DNA of 64,000 bases, taken from contig CAJUTK010000002.1 in assembly GCA_910589375.1 (NCBI GenBank), forward strand, positions 195,133 through 259,132, read 5' to 3'. The translations under genes and the position numbers were made by a program. The first letter of the stretch is position 1. Each line of letters begins with the position of its first letter. The notes under the pieces are model-generated. The model made no database searches and was not told where the DNA came from. It saw only the letters and a program-made list of their open reading frames with translations. Positions 49,128-58,545 of this stretch are shown here, in pieces. The DNA comes from an uncultured Bacilli bacterium. GTDB taxonomy: Bacteria; Bacillota_I; Bacilli_A; RF39; UBA660.

Positions 49128-49694
49128 ATGAATGTCAAAGAATTAATAGAAAAATATGTTTCATACAATGAGCAGGAGAAAAAAGATCAAGAATTAATAC
49201 TAAAATGCTTAGATACTTTTGAGGATGTATTGAGTAGAGAAAATGAAATTGTCCATTTTACTTGTTCTGGTTTTGTACTTAATAAAAAGAGAGATAAAGT
49301 GTTAATGGTATATCATAATATTTATAATTCCTGGTCATGGGTAGGCGGTCATGCGGATGGAGAAGGTGACTTTTTAAGTGTTGCGATAAGGGAAGTAAAA
49401 GAAGAAACGGGCGTTCAAAATGTTCATGCTATTAGTCCTGACATAATAGCTTTAGATGTTTTGCCTGTTATTAGTCATATTAAGAGAGGAAGTTTTGTAT
49501 CTTCTCATATTCATATCTCAGTAGCCTATTTATTAGAAGTAGATGAGGAAGAAATACTTCATATTAAGGTTGATGAGAATAGTAATGTAGGGTGGTTATC
49601 ACTAGATACTTACCTTGATTCTGTAAAAGAAGAACATATGAAGCCAATTTATCAAAAGATAGTTGAGAAAGCAAAGAAAAAAGGATATTTATAA
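49128..49694 (+). CDS. Nudix hydrolase
   Basis: Nudix box GGHADGEGDFLSVAIREVKEETGV (GX5EX7REUXEEXGU). Confidence 0.75.
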   Translation: MNVKELIEKYVSYNEQEKKDQELILKCLDTFEDVLSRENEIVHFTCSGFVLNKKRDKVLMVYHNIYNSWSWVGGHADGEGDFLSVAIREVKEETGVQNVHAISPDIIALDVLPVISHIKRGSFVSSHIHISVAYLLEVDEEEILHIKVDENSNVGWLSLDTYLDSVKEEHMKPIYQKIVEKAKKKGYL

Positions 49695-49706
49695 ATATCC
49701 TTTTTA

Positions 49707-50669
49707 TTATTGTATAATGGTATCTAGTTTTTTTACAATTTGTTTTGCTTTCTCATCTTCAATAGGAGAAGAAATCGTAATTTCATCAGAATCGTCACCC
49801 TCATATACTGGATTAGGCGATATTTTTCTCATTCTTACATTACCTTTTTCTAAGTCAATTTCTAATCCACCTTTACTTGGATGAAAAGCCAAATCTGTTA
49901 GCCAAGCATAGCCATTCGATATTAATTCATAGTTAGAGCGAGCGAGAAAATTGCTGGAAGTTCCAATTTTTAGATTTTTATCTAGATGATATAGGCTTGC
50001 AATTCTAGTAGAAAGTACTTTATATAATTCTAATAAATCTGATTTAATAGATTTTAGCTGAATAATTTCTGCTAAGTCAAGATCTATTAAGTATTGACTT
50101 ATATCTGTACATTGTTTTGGCCATTTACCATATTCCATTTGCTTTTGGATATGTGCTTGCCAAATAGCTTCTATCATCTTAGCAGCAATATTTTTTCCAA
50201 TCTGTAAATCTGTTTTCTCAATTTCAATCTCTGGAATTGTTCTTTTTGGTAGGGAAGATACATATTCTGCAATAATATCTCTAATTTTTTTAGTTGTTCC
50301 TTTTCCATGTTGTCCTAGCCCATAATCCATATAATATGTATTTAATCTACTATAATCTCCATCATTCAGTAAATAATTTGCTTTTATCAAATAATCGGAA
50401 TCTTTAGGACTATATTCCATTGTCATATGAGGAGTGATACCTTTTTGTGGTGTGTTCCAATCCTCCTTATTTTTTCTTTCGAAAAATCTGCGGAATAATC
50501 TTTCATTTTCATGAATAGAATCTTCAACTTTCATATGTTCTTCAAAAAAGTATAAAAAAGAAACAAATTCTGATGTTAAAAAACTAGGCTCGTAACCATT
50601 TTTTACTTTATATATCATATATTCTACAATTAAATCATCGACTGTTAATTTAAGTTCTAAATTTATCAT
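49707..50669 (-). CDS. hypothetical protein
   Basis: 320 aa ORF ending next to the tRNA terminator. No motif recognised. Confidence 0.4.
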   Translation of the reverse strand: MINLELKLTVDDLIVEYMIYKVKNGYEPSFLTSEFVSFLYFFEEHMKVEDSIHENERLFRRFFERKNKEDWNTPQKGITPHMTMEYSPKDSDYLIKANYLLNDGDYSRLNTYYMDYGLGQHGKGTTKKIRDIIAEYVSSLPKRTIPEIEIEKTDLQIGKNIAAKMIEAIWQAHIQKQMEYGKWPKQCTDISQYLIDLDLAEIIQLKSIKSDLLELYKVLSTRIASLYHLDKNLKIGTSSNFLARSNYELISNGYAWLTDLAFHPSKGGLEIDLEKGNVRMRKISPNPVYEGDDSDEITISSPIEDEKAKQIVKKLDTIIQ

Positions 50670-50763
50670 AAATCCTCCTTATAAGTTGTTATTATAACAT
50701 AAAAGAGCTTATTTTTATATAGAAAAGAAAAAAACCAATCTTTTGATTGGTTTTACATTCTCA

Positions 50764-50848
50764 TGGTGCGAGTGAAGGGACTTGAACCCCCATGCCTTGC
50801 GGCGCTAGATCCTAAGTCTAGTGCGTCTGCCAATTTCGCCACACTCGC
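50764..50848 (-). tRNA. tRNA-Leu (anticodon TAG)
   Basis: Reverse complement folds as GCGAGTG acceptor, anticodon loop CTTAGGA, long variable arm, GGTTCAAGTCC T-loop and encoded CCA. 85 nt. Confidence 0.85.
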
Positions 50849-50854
50849 AGAAAA

Positions 50855-50931
50855 TGGTGGATCTTGTAGGACTCGAACCTACGACCGCCCGGTTATGAGC
50901 CGGATGCTCTAACCAACTGAGCTAAAGATCC
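50855..50931 (-). tRNA. tRNA with CAT anticodon (elongator Met or lysidine-modified Ile2; not the initiator)
   Basis: Reverse complement GGATCTTTAGCTCAGTTGGTTAGAGCATCCGGCTCATAACCGGGCGGTCGTAGGTTCGAGTCCTACAAGATCCACCA. The 1:72 pair is G:C, so it is not an initiator. D-loop resembles Ile/Ala-type tRNAs. Confidence 0.8.
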
Positions 50932-51154
50932 AATAACTTGAATACTCATATAATATACCATAATTAAAACTTGAATGCAATAGTATAATTTGAAATTTTG
51001 GGAAATTTATTTTCCAAAAAAGAACTTGGCAAAAACCATTCACTATGATATAATTTATATTGTATGAAATAAGTGAAAAAATAGCCTTAAAAGATTTGAC
51101 AAAATGTCAAAAAGGTGTTAGTATATACGCTAACTTTGGAAGAGGGGGAAGAAT

Positions 51155-52864
51155 ATGAAAATCCATTTTATTGAAAAATTAAAAAACAGAAAGTTTAAAC
51201 TTCAAAAAGCAACTAGAAAAATTTCACTTGCTTTAGCATCTATCACACTTGTTGGTGCTTTAACTGGTTGTGGAGCTAAACAAAATACAGAAGTTCCAGT
51301 TACTAATGATAATATAAATCCAACTTATAATTCAACTTTAGATCAAGGCGCTCAAGCAGAAGAAAGTCAAGAAGGAGTTGCTACTCCAAATGCTGAGGAA
51401 AGCTTAGAAGCTCAAATTGCTGCATTACAACAAAGACTTGATGAATTAGAAAATGCAAATCCATATAGTGCTGTTGCCGCAAATGATACTTATACACAAG
51501 ATAAGTGGGATGAATTTGTTACAGAGGCTAAAAAAGTATTAGCTGGAAAAATCAATAATGAAAATCAAGAAGGAATTGAAGCTGCATTATTATTATTCAA
51601 TATTGATTATTTAGATGATAATGCAAAACAAGTTTTACTTACTCATTATGAACAAGGTCAAGATGTAGAAGCTGAATTAAATAAATTATATGCAGTATTA
51701 TCACAAGTTCGTGAATACAATACGGAAATTGATTCTGCAGATAATTATTTATCTTATGCAGATGTTATGTTAGATGAACAAGATAAAGCTATTATTTCTG
51801 TTTTAGACGGATATGCTAAAGAAGTAATTACTTTAAGAAGTGACTTAACTGAAGCAAATGTAAATAGAATTAAAGAAATTTTTGATATCATATATAAGTT
51901 CTCAAATGGTACAGGTACTATTAAAGTAACTATTAATGGAGCAGAACAAGATATCGCTCAAATTCATTTATCACATGGTGGAATCTTTGCTGCAGAGAAT
52001 ATTGCACAAGATATTTCTGTATTAAGTAGAAATATTGTTTCACAAGAAGATAGAGAAAAATTAGATAGTGAATTACGTTCTAAAGATACATTAGCAAAAA
52101 CTCAAGAAAAAATTAATATTTATACAGCAATGGCTTCTGTAAATGCTAAAGGTGTAAATGCCGAAGCTCAAGAAAAAGTTGTTAATCAATATAATTATCA
52201 ATTAGGTGTTATTGCAAAAGAATTAGAAGTAATGGGAGTGACAGCAGAAGAAGCTCAAGCTTTATTTACTGTTACTAATATAGATTATTTTATGGATAGT
52301 ACAAATAGTCAACATGCTTTTGATGTGATTTATGAAAATGGTTTTGATATTAATGCTGCTTTTACTAACGCAGAAGAGGCAGTTAGAAAAATTCAAGCTT
52401 ATGATGATACACAAGAGCAAGTATATGATATGGCACGTTTGGTAATTGCTAGCGAAGCAGATGCTATTTCATTAAGAGCATTTACTCAAACAGCACATGG
52501 TGTTACTTCATCTGATGCAACAGTTGTTGCTAATGCTGCACATATTGTAAAAGGTTATACACAATTCTCAAGTGAAGCAACAGTTGATTACCAAACAAAG
52601 GATGCTAATGGTGATGTTGTTAATCATTCTATTGATAAAAATGGTTTAGGAAAAGGTGCATACCAAGTTGTTAACTGGTATACTTACTATTCTGTTTCTA
52701 ATCATAAGAGTGCATATGGTACTATTGCAGATTCTTTAATTCAATTAGTAGATGGATCTCAAGTAGGACTTAATCCATATGAGCAAATAGTATTAGAGGT
52801 AGAAGATTACTGCGCAGAAAATAATATTGTAGTATATAACTATGAAGTAGGAAATACAAAATAA
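51155..52864 (+). CDS. lipoprotein (secreted, alpha-helical, Ala/Glu/Gln-rich)
   Basis: Signal peptide with lipobox LTGC (LVGALTGCGAK). 569 aa. Terminator AATGCCttttGGCATT with T-run at 52866-52892. Confidence 0.65.
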   Translation: MKIHFIEKLKNRKFKLQKATRKISLALASITLVGALTGCGAKQNTEVPVTNDNINPTYNSTLDQGAQAEESQEGVATPNAEESLEAQIAALQQRLDELENANPYSAVAANDTYTQDKWDEFVTEAKKVLAGKINNENQEGIEAALLLFNIDYLDDNAKQVLLTHYEQGQDVEAELNKLYAVLSQVREYNTEIDSADNYLSYADVMLDEQDKAIISVLDGYAKEVITLRSDLTEANVNRIKEIFDIIYKFSNGTGTIKVTINGAEQDIAQIHLSHGGIFAAENIAQDISVLSRNIVSQEDREKLDSELRSKDTLAKTQEKINIYTAMASVNAKGVNAEAQEKVVNQYNYQLGVIAKELEVMGVTAEEAQALFTVTNIDYFMDSTNSQHAFDVIYENGFDINAAFTNAEEAVRKIQAYDDTQEQVYDMARLVIASEADAISLRAFTQTAHGVTSSDATVVANAAHIVKGYTQFSSEATVDYQTKDANGDVVNHSIDKNGLGKGAYQVVNWYTYYSVSNHKSAYGTIADSLIQLVDGSQVGLNPYEQIVLEVEDYCAENNIVVYNYEVGNTK

Positions 52865-52939
52865 AAAATGCCTTTTGGCATTTTTTTTGTGGAAAGGCTT
52901 ATAATATGATATAATGATACTACGAAGGAAGTGATATTT

Positions 52940-54328
52940 GTGAGAATTTATAATACACTCACACATCGTGTGGAAGAGTTTATACCACATAATCCAAATG
53001 AAGTAACAATGTATACATGTGGACCTACAGTATACCATTTTGCACATATTGGAAATCTTAGGACATATATATTTGAGGATATCTTTGAAAAGTCTTTAAA
53101 ATATTTAGGATATCCTGTTAAACGATGTATGAATATCACTGATGTTGGGCATTTATCTAGCGATTCAGATACAGGCGAAGATAAGATGCTAAAGGGAGCT
53201 AAGAGAGAGAATAAATCTGTTTTAGAGATTGCAGATTTTTATACGCAAGCTTTTCGCTCTGATTTTGAAAAGTTAAATAACCGTTGGCCAGATATTGTAT
53301 CTCCAGCGACGCAAAATATAGAAGAATATATTAAGATTATTACAAAACTTTTAGATAATGATTTAGCGTATATTGCCGGTGGAAATGTTTATTTTGATAC
53401 CTCTAAACTAGAAGATTACTATGTACTTACCAATCACAAAGAAGATGAGATGGTAGTAGGTGTTCGTGAAGGTGTTGAAGAAGACCAAAATAAAAGAAAT
53501 CAAGCAGATTTTGTGTTATGGTTTACCAAATCCAAGTTTGATGATCAAGAATTGAAATGGGAAAGCCCTTGGGGATATGGATATCCAGGATGGCATATTG
53601 AATGTTCTGGAATTAGTATGAAATATTTAGGAGAATACTTAGATATTCACTGTGGTGGAGTAGATAATATTTTTCCACATCATACTAATGAAATTGCTCA
53701 ATCAGAGGGATATTTAGGGCATAAATGGTGTAACTATTGGGTACACGGAGAACACTTAAATGATCAATCTGGTAAGATGAGTAAAAGTAAAGGAGAATTT
53801 TTAACAGTTTCTTTACTAGAACAGAAAAATTATGATCCAATAAGTTATCGCTTTATGTGTTTAAATAGTCATTACAGAAAACAATTAGTATTTAGTTATG
53901 ATGCTTTAGATAATGCAGCACAAGCTTATCAAAAACTTTTAAATAAAGTTCGTTCTTTAGGAAATGAAGAAAATGGGGAAGGCACTGAATCTTACCAAGA
54001 AAAATTTAAGCAAGCTTTATCTGATGATTTAAATACCTCTTTAGCGATTACTGTTCTTTATGATGTTTTAAAGTCAGATTTAACAAATTCACAAAAAAGA
54101 TTCTTAGTAAGTTCTTTTGATAGTGTTCTTTCCCTAAACTTATTATCAGCAAAAGAAGAAAAAGTAGATAGTTCTTTAGAAGAATATATTCAAGAGAAAA
54201 TAGAGCAGAGAAATCAAGCCAAAAAAGAGCGCGATTACGAAACTGCTGATAAAATTCGTGAAGAATTGTTATCGAGAGGAATTATTATTAAAGATACTAG
54301 AGAAGGTACCGTTTACGAGGTGAAGTAA
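52940..54328 (+). CDS. cysS: cysteinyl-tRNA synthetase
   Basis: HIGN (FAHIGNLRTY). KMSKS. Zinc ligands. Probable GTG start at 52940 with AAGGAAG RBS. Confidence 0.9.
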   Translation: MRIYNTLTHRVEEFIPHNPNEVTMYTCGPTVYHFAHIGNLRTYIFEDIFEKSLKYLGYPVKRCMNITDVGHLSSDSDTGEDKMLKGAKRENKSVLEIADFYTQAFRSDFEKLNNRWPDIVSPATQNIEEYIKIITKLLDNDLAYIAGGNVYFDTSKLEDYYVLTNHKEDEMVVGVREGVEEDQNKRNQADFVLWFTKSKFDDQELKWESPWGYGYPGWHIECSGISMKYLGEYLDIHCGGVDNIFPHHTNEIAQSEGYLGHKWCNYWVHGEHLNDQSGKMSKSKGEFLTVSLLEQKNYDPISYRFMCLNSHYRKQLVFSYDALDNAAQAYQKLLNKVRSLGNEENGEGTESYQEKFKQALSDDLNTSLAITVLYDVLKSDLTNSQKRFLVSSFDSVLSLNLLSAKEEKVDSSLEEYIQEKIEQRNQAKKERDYETADKIREELLSRGIIIKDTREGTVYEVK

Positions 54329-54329
54329 T

Positions 54330-55022
54330 ATGATTTATGGATTGGAAACAATAGTGACATTTTTCTTAGCTATTGTAAGTTTCTTTGTCGTATTAGCTTC
54401 ACAGATGTATTTAACTAGTACTTATAAAAATTCTAAAAATAAGAAAAATAGTAAGAATTTAACGGGATGTGAGGTAGCACGTCAGATATTAGATAGTAAT
54501 AATCTTGAAGATATCTATGTAGTAGAAGTAGCAGGCGAATTATCAGATCATTATGATCCTTCTAGAAAAGTAGTGAGGTTATCTAAAGAGGTTTTTCATG
54601 GAGATTCTATTGCTTCTCTTTCCATAGCTGCTCATGAGTGTGGACATGCCTTACAAGACAAAGATGATTACACACTTATGAGAATTCGTTCTACTTTAGT
54701 TCCGTTTGTAAATTTTGTAACATATTTAGGATACTTTGGTTTAATAGTTTCACTATTTGCTGGAGTAATTGGATATTTAAAATTGTCAATAGGGATATTG
54801 ATAGTAGTTCTTTTGTTTCAATTGCTTACTCTACCAATAGAATTCGATGCTTCTAGGCGTGCTTTAAAGGAAATAGAAAAATTATCTTTAGTAGAGAAAA
54901 AAGAAAAAGAGATGACAGTTACCATGTTAAGAGCAGCCGCTATGACTTATGTTGCCTCTTTAATTTCTTTAGTAATTGATTTATTGAGATTGGTTTTAAT
55001 GTTACAAGATAGAGAGAGATAA
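54330..55022 (+). CDS. membrane zinc metallopeptidase (YugP-like, HExxH)
   Basis: N-terminal TM helix. HECGHALQD motif. C-terminal TM helices. 230 aa. Confidence 0.6.
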   Translation: MIYGLETIVTFFLAIVSFFVVLASQMYLTSTYKNSKNKKNSKNLTGCEVARQILDSNNLEDIYVVEVAGELSDHYDPSRKVVRLSKEVFHGDSIASLSIAAHECGHALQDKDDYTLMRIRSTLVPFVNFVTYLGYFGLIVSLFAGVIGYLKLSIGILIVVLLFQLLTLPIEFDASRRALKEIEKLSLVEKKEKEMTVTMLRAAAMTYVASLISLVIDLLRLVLMLQDRER

Positions 55023-55070
55023 TTTCTCTTTTTTTCTTTAAAAGTATGATATAATGAAAGTGGTGATACT

Positions 55071-55943
55071 ATGGATGGCATCTTTTTTATAGATAAACCT
55101 AAAGGGATAACTAGTAGGGATGTAGTAAATACTATTATTCGAAAAACAGAAACTAGAAAAGTAGGACACACTGGTACACTAGATCCTATTGCCACAGGAG
55201 TACTGATTGTATGTGTAGGGAAAGCAACCAAACTAGTAGATATTTTAACGTCAGAAGATAAAGAATATGAGGCGGAAATATGTCTAGGAGTAGAAACGGA
55301 TACTTTAGATGAAGAAGGCACTATTTTAAAGGAAGAATTAGTAGAAAAAGGAGAGAATGAAATAGATTCTGTTTTAGCTTCTATGATTGGTGAATATGAT
55401 CAAGAAGTTCCTAAGTATTCTGCTGTTAAAGTAGGTGGCAAAAAGCTTTATGAATATGCTCGTCAAAATCAAGAAGTAGCATTACCTTCTAGATGGGTAT
55501 CTATTTTTTCATTAGAAAGAATTTCTACTATTAGAAGGGAAAATGGTAGATTATATTTTTCTATCCGAGTAAAAGTTAGCAAAGGAACCTATATTAGAAG
55601 CTTAATAAGAGATATTGCTTATAAATTAAATACAGTAGGTATTATGATAAACTTAAGAAGAATAAAGCAGGGAAAATTTTCTATTGATATGTGTAAGAAA
55701 TTAGATGACATTCATTTATCAGATTTGCATTCTTTTGCGTCTGTTCTTTCTGGTATTTATCAGGTTGTAGTGGATGATGTGTTGAAAAAAGACGTATTAA
55801 ATGGTAAAATATTAGATAATATATATAATCAAGAAAAAATAGTATTTAAAGATAAAGATGGCTATTTATTAGCAATTTATCACAGATATGAAAAGGATGA
55901 AACAAAAATAAAACCATATATTATGATAGGAGGAATAAAATGA
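55071..55943 (+). CDS. truB: tRNA pseudouridine(55) synthase
   Basis: KPKGITSRDVV...VGHTGTLDPIATGVL catalytic Asp motif. 290 aa. Confidence 0.9.
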   Translation: MDGIFFIDKPKGITSRDVVNTIIRKTETRKVGHTGTLDPIATGVLIVCVGKATKLVDILTSEDKEYEAEICLGVETDTLDEEGTILKEELVEKGENEIDSVLASMIGEYDQEVPKYSAVKVGGKKLYEYARQNQEVALPSRWVSIFSLERISTIRRENGRLYFSIRVKVSKGTYIRSLIRDIAYKLNTVGIMINLRRIKQGKFSIDMCKKLDDIHLSDLHSFASVLSGIYQVVVDDVLKKDVLNGKILDNIYNQEKIVFKDKDGYLLAIYHRYEKDETKIKPYIMIGGIK

Positions 55944-56827
55944 CATTAGTAATTATGGCAGCAGGTATGGGAAGTCGCTTTGGAGGCTTAAAACAAATTG
56001 AACCAGTAGGACCAAATGGGGAGTTTATTATAGATTATTCTATCTATGATGCAATTCGTGCAGGGTTCAACAAAGTAGTTTTTATTATTAAAGAAGAAAA
56101 CTATGAATTATTTAGGAGTACAATAGGCTCTAGAATAGAAGGAAAAATCGAGGTAGAATACGTTTTTCAAAATAATGATAATGTAAGGGAAGGTGTTATT
56201 CCACCTACGAGAGTAAAACCTTTAGGAACAGGACATGCTATTTTATGTTGTAAAAATGTAGTAAAAGAACCATTTTTAGTTATTAATGCAGATGATTTTT
56301 ATGGATATGAATCTTATGTAGTTGCTAGTTCTTATTTAAAGGGAAACCATAAAGAAACAGAATATGCGTTAATTGGATATAGAGTCGCTAATACTTTAAC
56401 GGAACATGGTTCTGTTAAACGAGGAGTTTGCGAAGTAGATGGTAAGTATTTAACTAAGCTAGTTGAATCAAGCGTAGAGGAAAAAGATGGAAAGATGATT
56501 GCAAGTCCATTAGATGGAAGTGAGGCTTTTGTTGTTCCAGAGGATAGTACAGTATCTATGAATATGTTTTTATTCTATCCGAATTTATTTACAATACTAG
56601 AAAGAGAATTTGAAAAATTTTTGACAAATACAAAGGACTTAGAAACAGGAGAGTTTTTAATCCCTGAGGTTGTTTTTGAGGAGATTAAGAAAAAAGAGGT
56701 TACTTGTGAAGTATTAGATACAAGTGCTGTATGGAAGGGAATTACGTATCCTTCCGATTTAGATGAATTAAAGAGTTATATAAAAGGGTTGATAGATAAA
56801 GGAGAATATCCAAATAATCTATATTAG
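55940..56827 (+). CDS. sugar-phosphate nucleotidyltransferase-like protein
   Basis: N-terminal (M)AAGMGSRFGGLKQ nucleotide-binding loop (GxGxR). ATGA overlap with truB. Confidence 0.5.
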   Translation: MTLVIMAAGMGSRFGGLKQIEPVGPNGEFIIDYSIYDAIRAGFNKVVFIIKEENYELFRSTIGSRIEGKIEVEYVFQNNDNVREGVIPPTRVKPLGTGHAILCCKNVVKEPFLVINADDFYGYESYVVASSYLKGNHKETEYALIGYRVANTLTEHGSVKRGVCEVDGKYLTKLVESSVEEKDGKMIASPLDGSEAFVVPEDSTVSMNMFLFYPNLFTILEREFEKFLTNTKDLETGEFLIPEVVFEEIKKKEVTCEVLDTSAVWKGITYPSDLDELKSYIKGLIDKGEYPNNLY

Positions 56828-56835
56828 GTGATATT

Positions 56836-58536
56836 ATGTTTGCAAATTTAGAATTGTTTTTACAAGAAAAAGAGGTATATAGGCAAAAGGTAGAAGAGAT
56901 AAAGGCTTCTGCTCAAAATCCAGAAGAGTTATCAAAACTATTAATAGAGGCAGAGGAACATTTCAAAGGAGAAGTACGTAAGTATCTTACTTCAGCTATT
57001 ACTGTAATTAATACGAATTTTGGTTGCCAATATTCAATTTATAAAGTAGGAAAAGACTTTGATGTTAATTTTCAAGTGGTAGAGACAAATGTTAGAAAAA
57101 CAAGATCTGAAGTAATCGCAGAAATGGAAGAATTTAAAAAACAAGCTGTTGGTATGGATTTAACTAATGAGCAAATTACGAAAATTAATTTGGCTATGGA
57201 AGTATTACTTACTTATAGTGATGATGCGACAGATAAAGTAGATGAGAATAAAGAAGCTTTTTTAAAGGAAGCTCAAGTAAAAGCCACTAGTATTATTGAA
57301 GCTCCAACAAGAGAAAATAATGCTTTTGAACCGGCTCCTAGTCAAGAGCCAAATTTTAATCCATATGCTAATCAGCCAATAGAAGTAGATAATGGCTTTA
57401 AAAATCCAGAATATGAGAAAAAGACTTTAGTTGATCCATTTGCAAGTATTTATGGAGGAGCGAATGTTTCTCCTAATGAAATACCAGAAGCTACTCCTGA
57501 TTTCGGTGTTCCTAATCCTCCAACTAATATGAATATGAATAATTCTTTAGGAGATGCTATGTCTATCTTTGGGCCAGGAATTACAACTAGTACTTCTAAT
57601 CAAAGTAATACTATGAGTAATCCACAACAGAATGTATCTCAAATTCCTGTAAACAATAATTATAATAATGGGTTAAATCCAATGAGTAATAATGTTAATG
57701 CTAATGTTATGCCTACTAATGCAGTGAATGCTCCCAATAATTTTAACAATGTTACTCCAACTGGGGCGATAGCAAACGCAGCACCAGAGAAAACTAATGA
57801 AACTGAAGATTCTTTAGTATTAGTAGATGAGTTAAATGTTCCAAAGGAAAGTGCTTGCATTGTATCAAAGCTATTAAAAGGTATTCTTCGATTACCAATT
57901 ACGACTTTACTTTTCTTAGGAATAATTTTGCTAATATTCTGGGGAATGAACAAGGCTAATTGGATGGGAGAGATAGAAGAACTATTAGGGGATTATTTGA
58001 TTTATGCAGAATTAGCATTATCTCTTTTCATTGCTTTAATAGCATCCTCAACAGTAATAGATTCAATTGCTTCTAAGACAAAGTATATTAGTAAACATGC
58101 CATGGCTTCTCTTACTATTTTTTCTGGAGTTACCTATGGACTTACTTTATTGATGCCATATTTAATGGAAAATGTTTTAGTAGATAAGCTAGATGCAGAT
58201 ATTATTTTTGAAGTAGCTATTTACTTTGCTTATTATTTAGCTTTATCCTTCTTTGTTGGAACGTTTATGTGGTTGTTGTCTTTTATGCGCACTAAGAAAG
58301 AATATTTAAAGAAAAGACTCAATATTTTTGAAATTCTTGGAGCTTTAGCAAATATTTATACGCTAATTATTCCAGCTGTCATAGTAGGATGCTCTTGGTG
58401 CCAAGTAACCGTTGTTGGAGAAAAAGTAGCTTTTTTATACGATTATGAAAATTTTCAATGGATTGTTATGATTGCAAGTTTTGTATTAGGTCTTATTATG
58501 ATTTTATTTAGTAAATTGGAAGAGAAAAAGTTATAG
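56836..58536 (+). CDS. membrane protein with soluble N-domain, N/Q/P-rich low-complexity linker and C-terminal multi-TM domain
   Basis: 566 aa. Linker NNNYNNGLNPMSNNVNANV. At least 5 predicted TM helices C-terminally. Confidence 0.5.
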   Translation: MFANLELFLQEKEVYRQKVEEIKASAQNPEELSKLLIEAEEHFKGEVRKYLTSAITVINTNFGCQYSIYKVGKDFDVNFQVVETNVRKTRSEVIAEMEEFKKQAVGMDLTNEQITKINLAMEVLLTYSDDATDKVDENKEAFLKEAQVKATSIIEAPTRENNAFEPAPSQEPNFNPYANQPIEVDNGFKNPEYEKKTLVDPFASIYGGANVSPNEIPEATPDFGVPNPPTNMNMNNSLGDAMSIFGPGITTSTSNQSNTMSNPQQNVSQIPVNNNYNNGLNPMSNNVNANVMPTNAVNAPNNFNNVTPTGAIANAAPEKTNETEDSLVLVDELNVPKESACIVSKLLKGILRLPITTLLFLGIILLIFWGMNKANWMGEIEELLGDYLIYAELALSLFIALIASSTVIDSIASKTKYISKHAMASLTIFSGVTYGLTLLMPYLMENVLVDKLDADIIFEVAIYFAYYLALSFFVGTFMWLLSFMRTKKEYLKKRLNIFEILGALANIYTLIIPAVIVGCSWCQVTVVGEKVAFLYDYENFQWIVMIASFVLGLIMILFSKLEEKKL

Positions 58537-58545
58537 GGGGATTGT

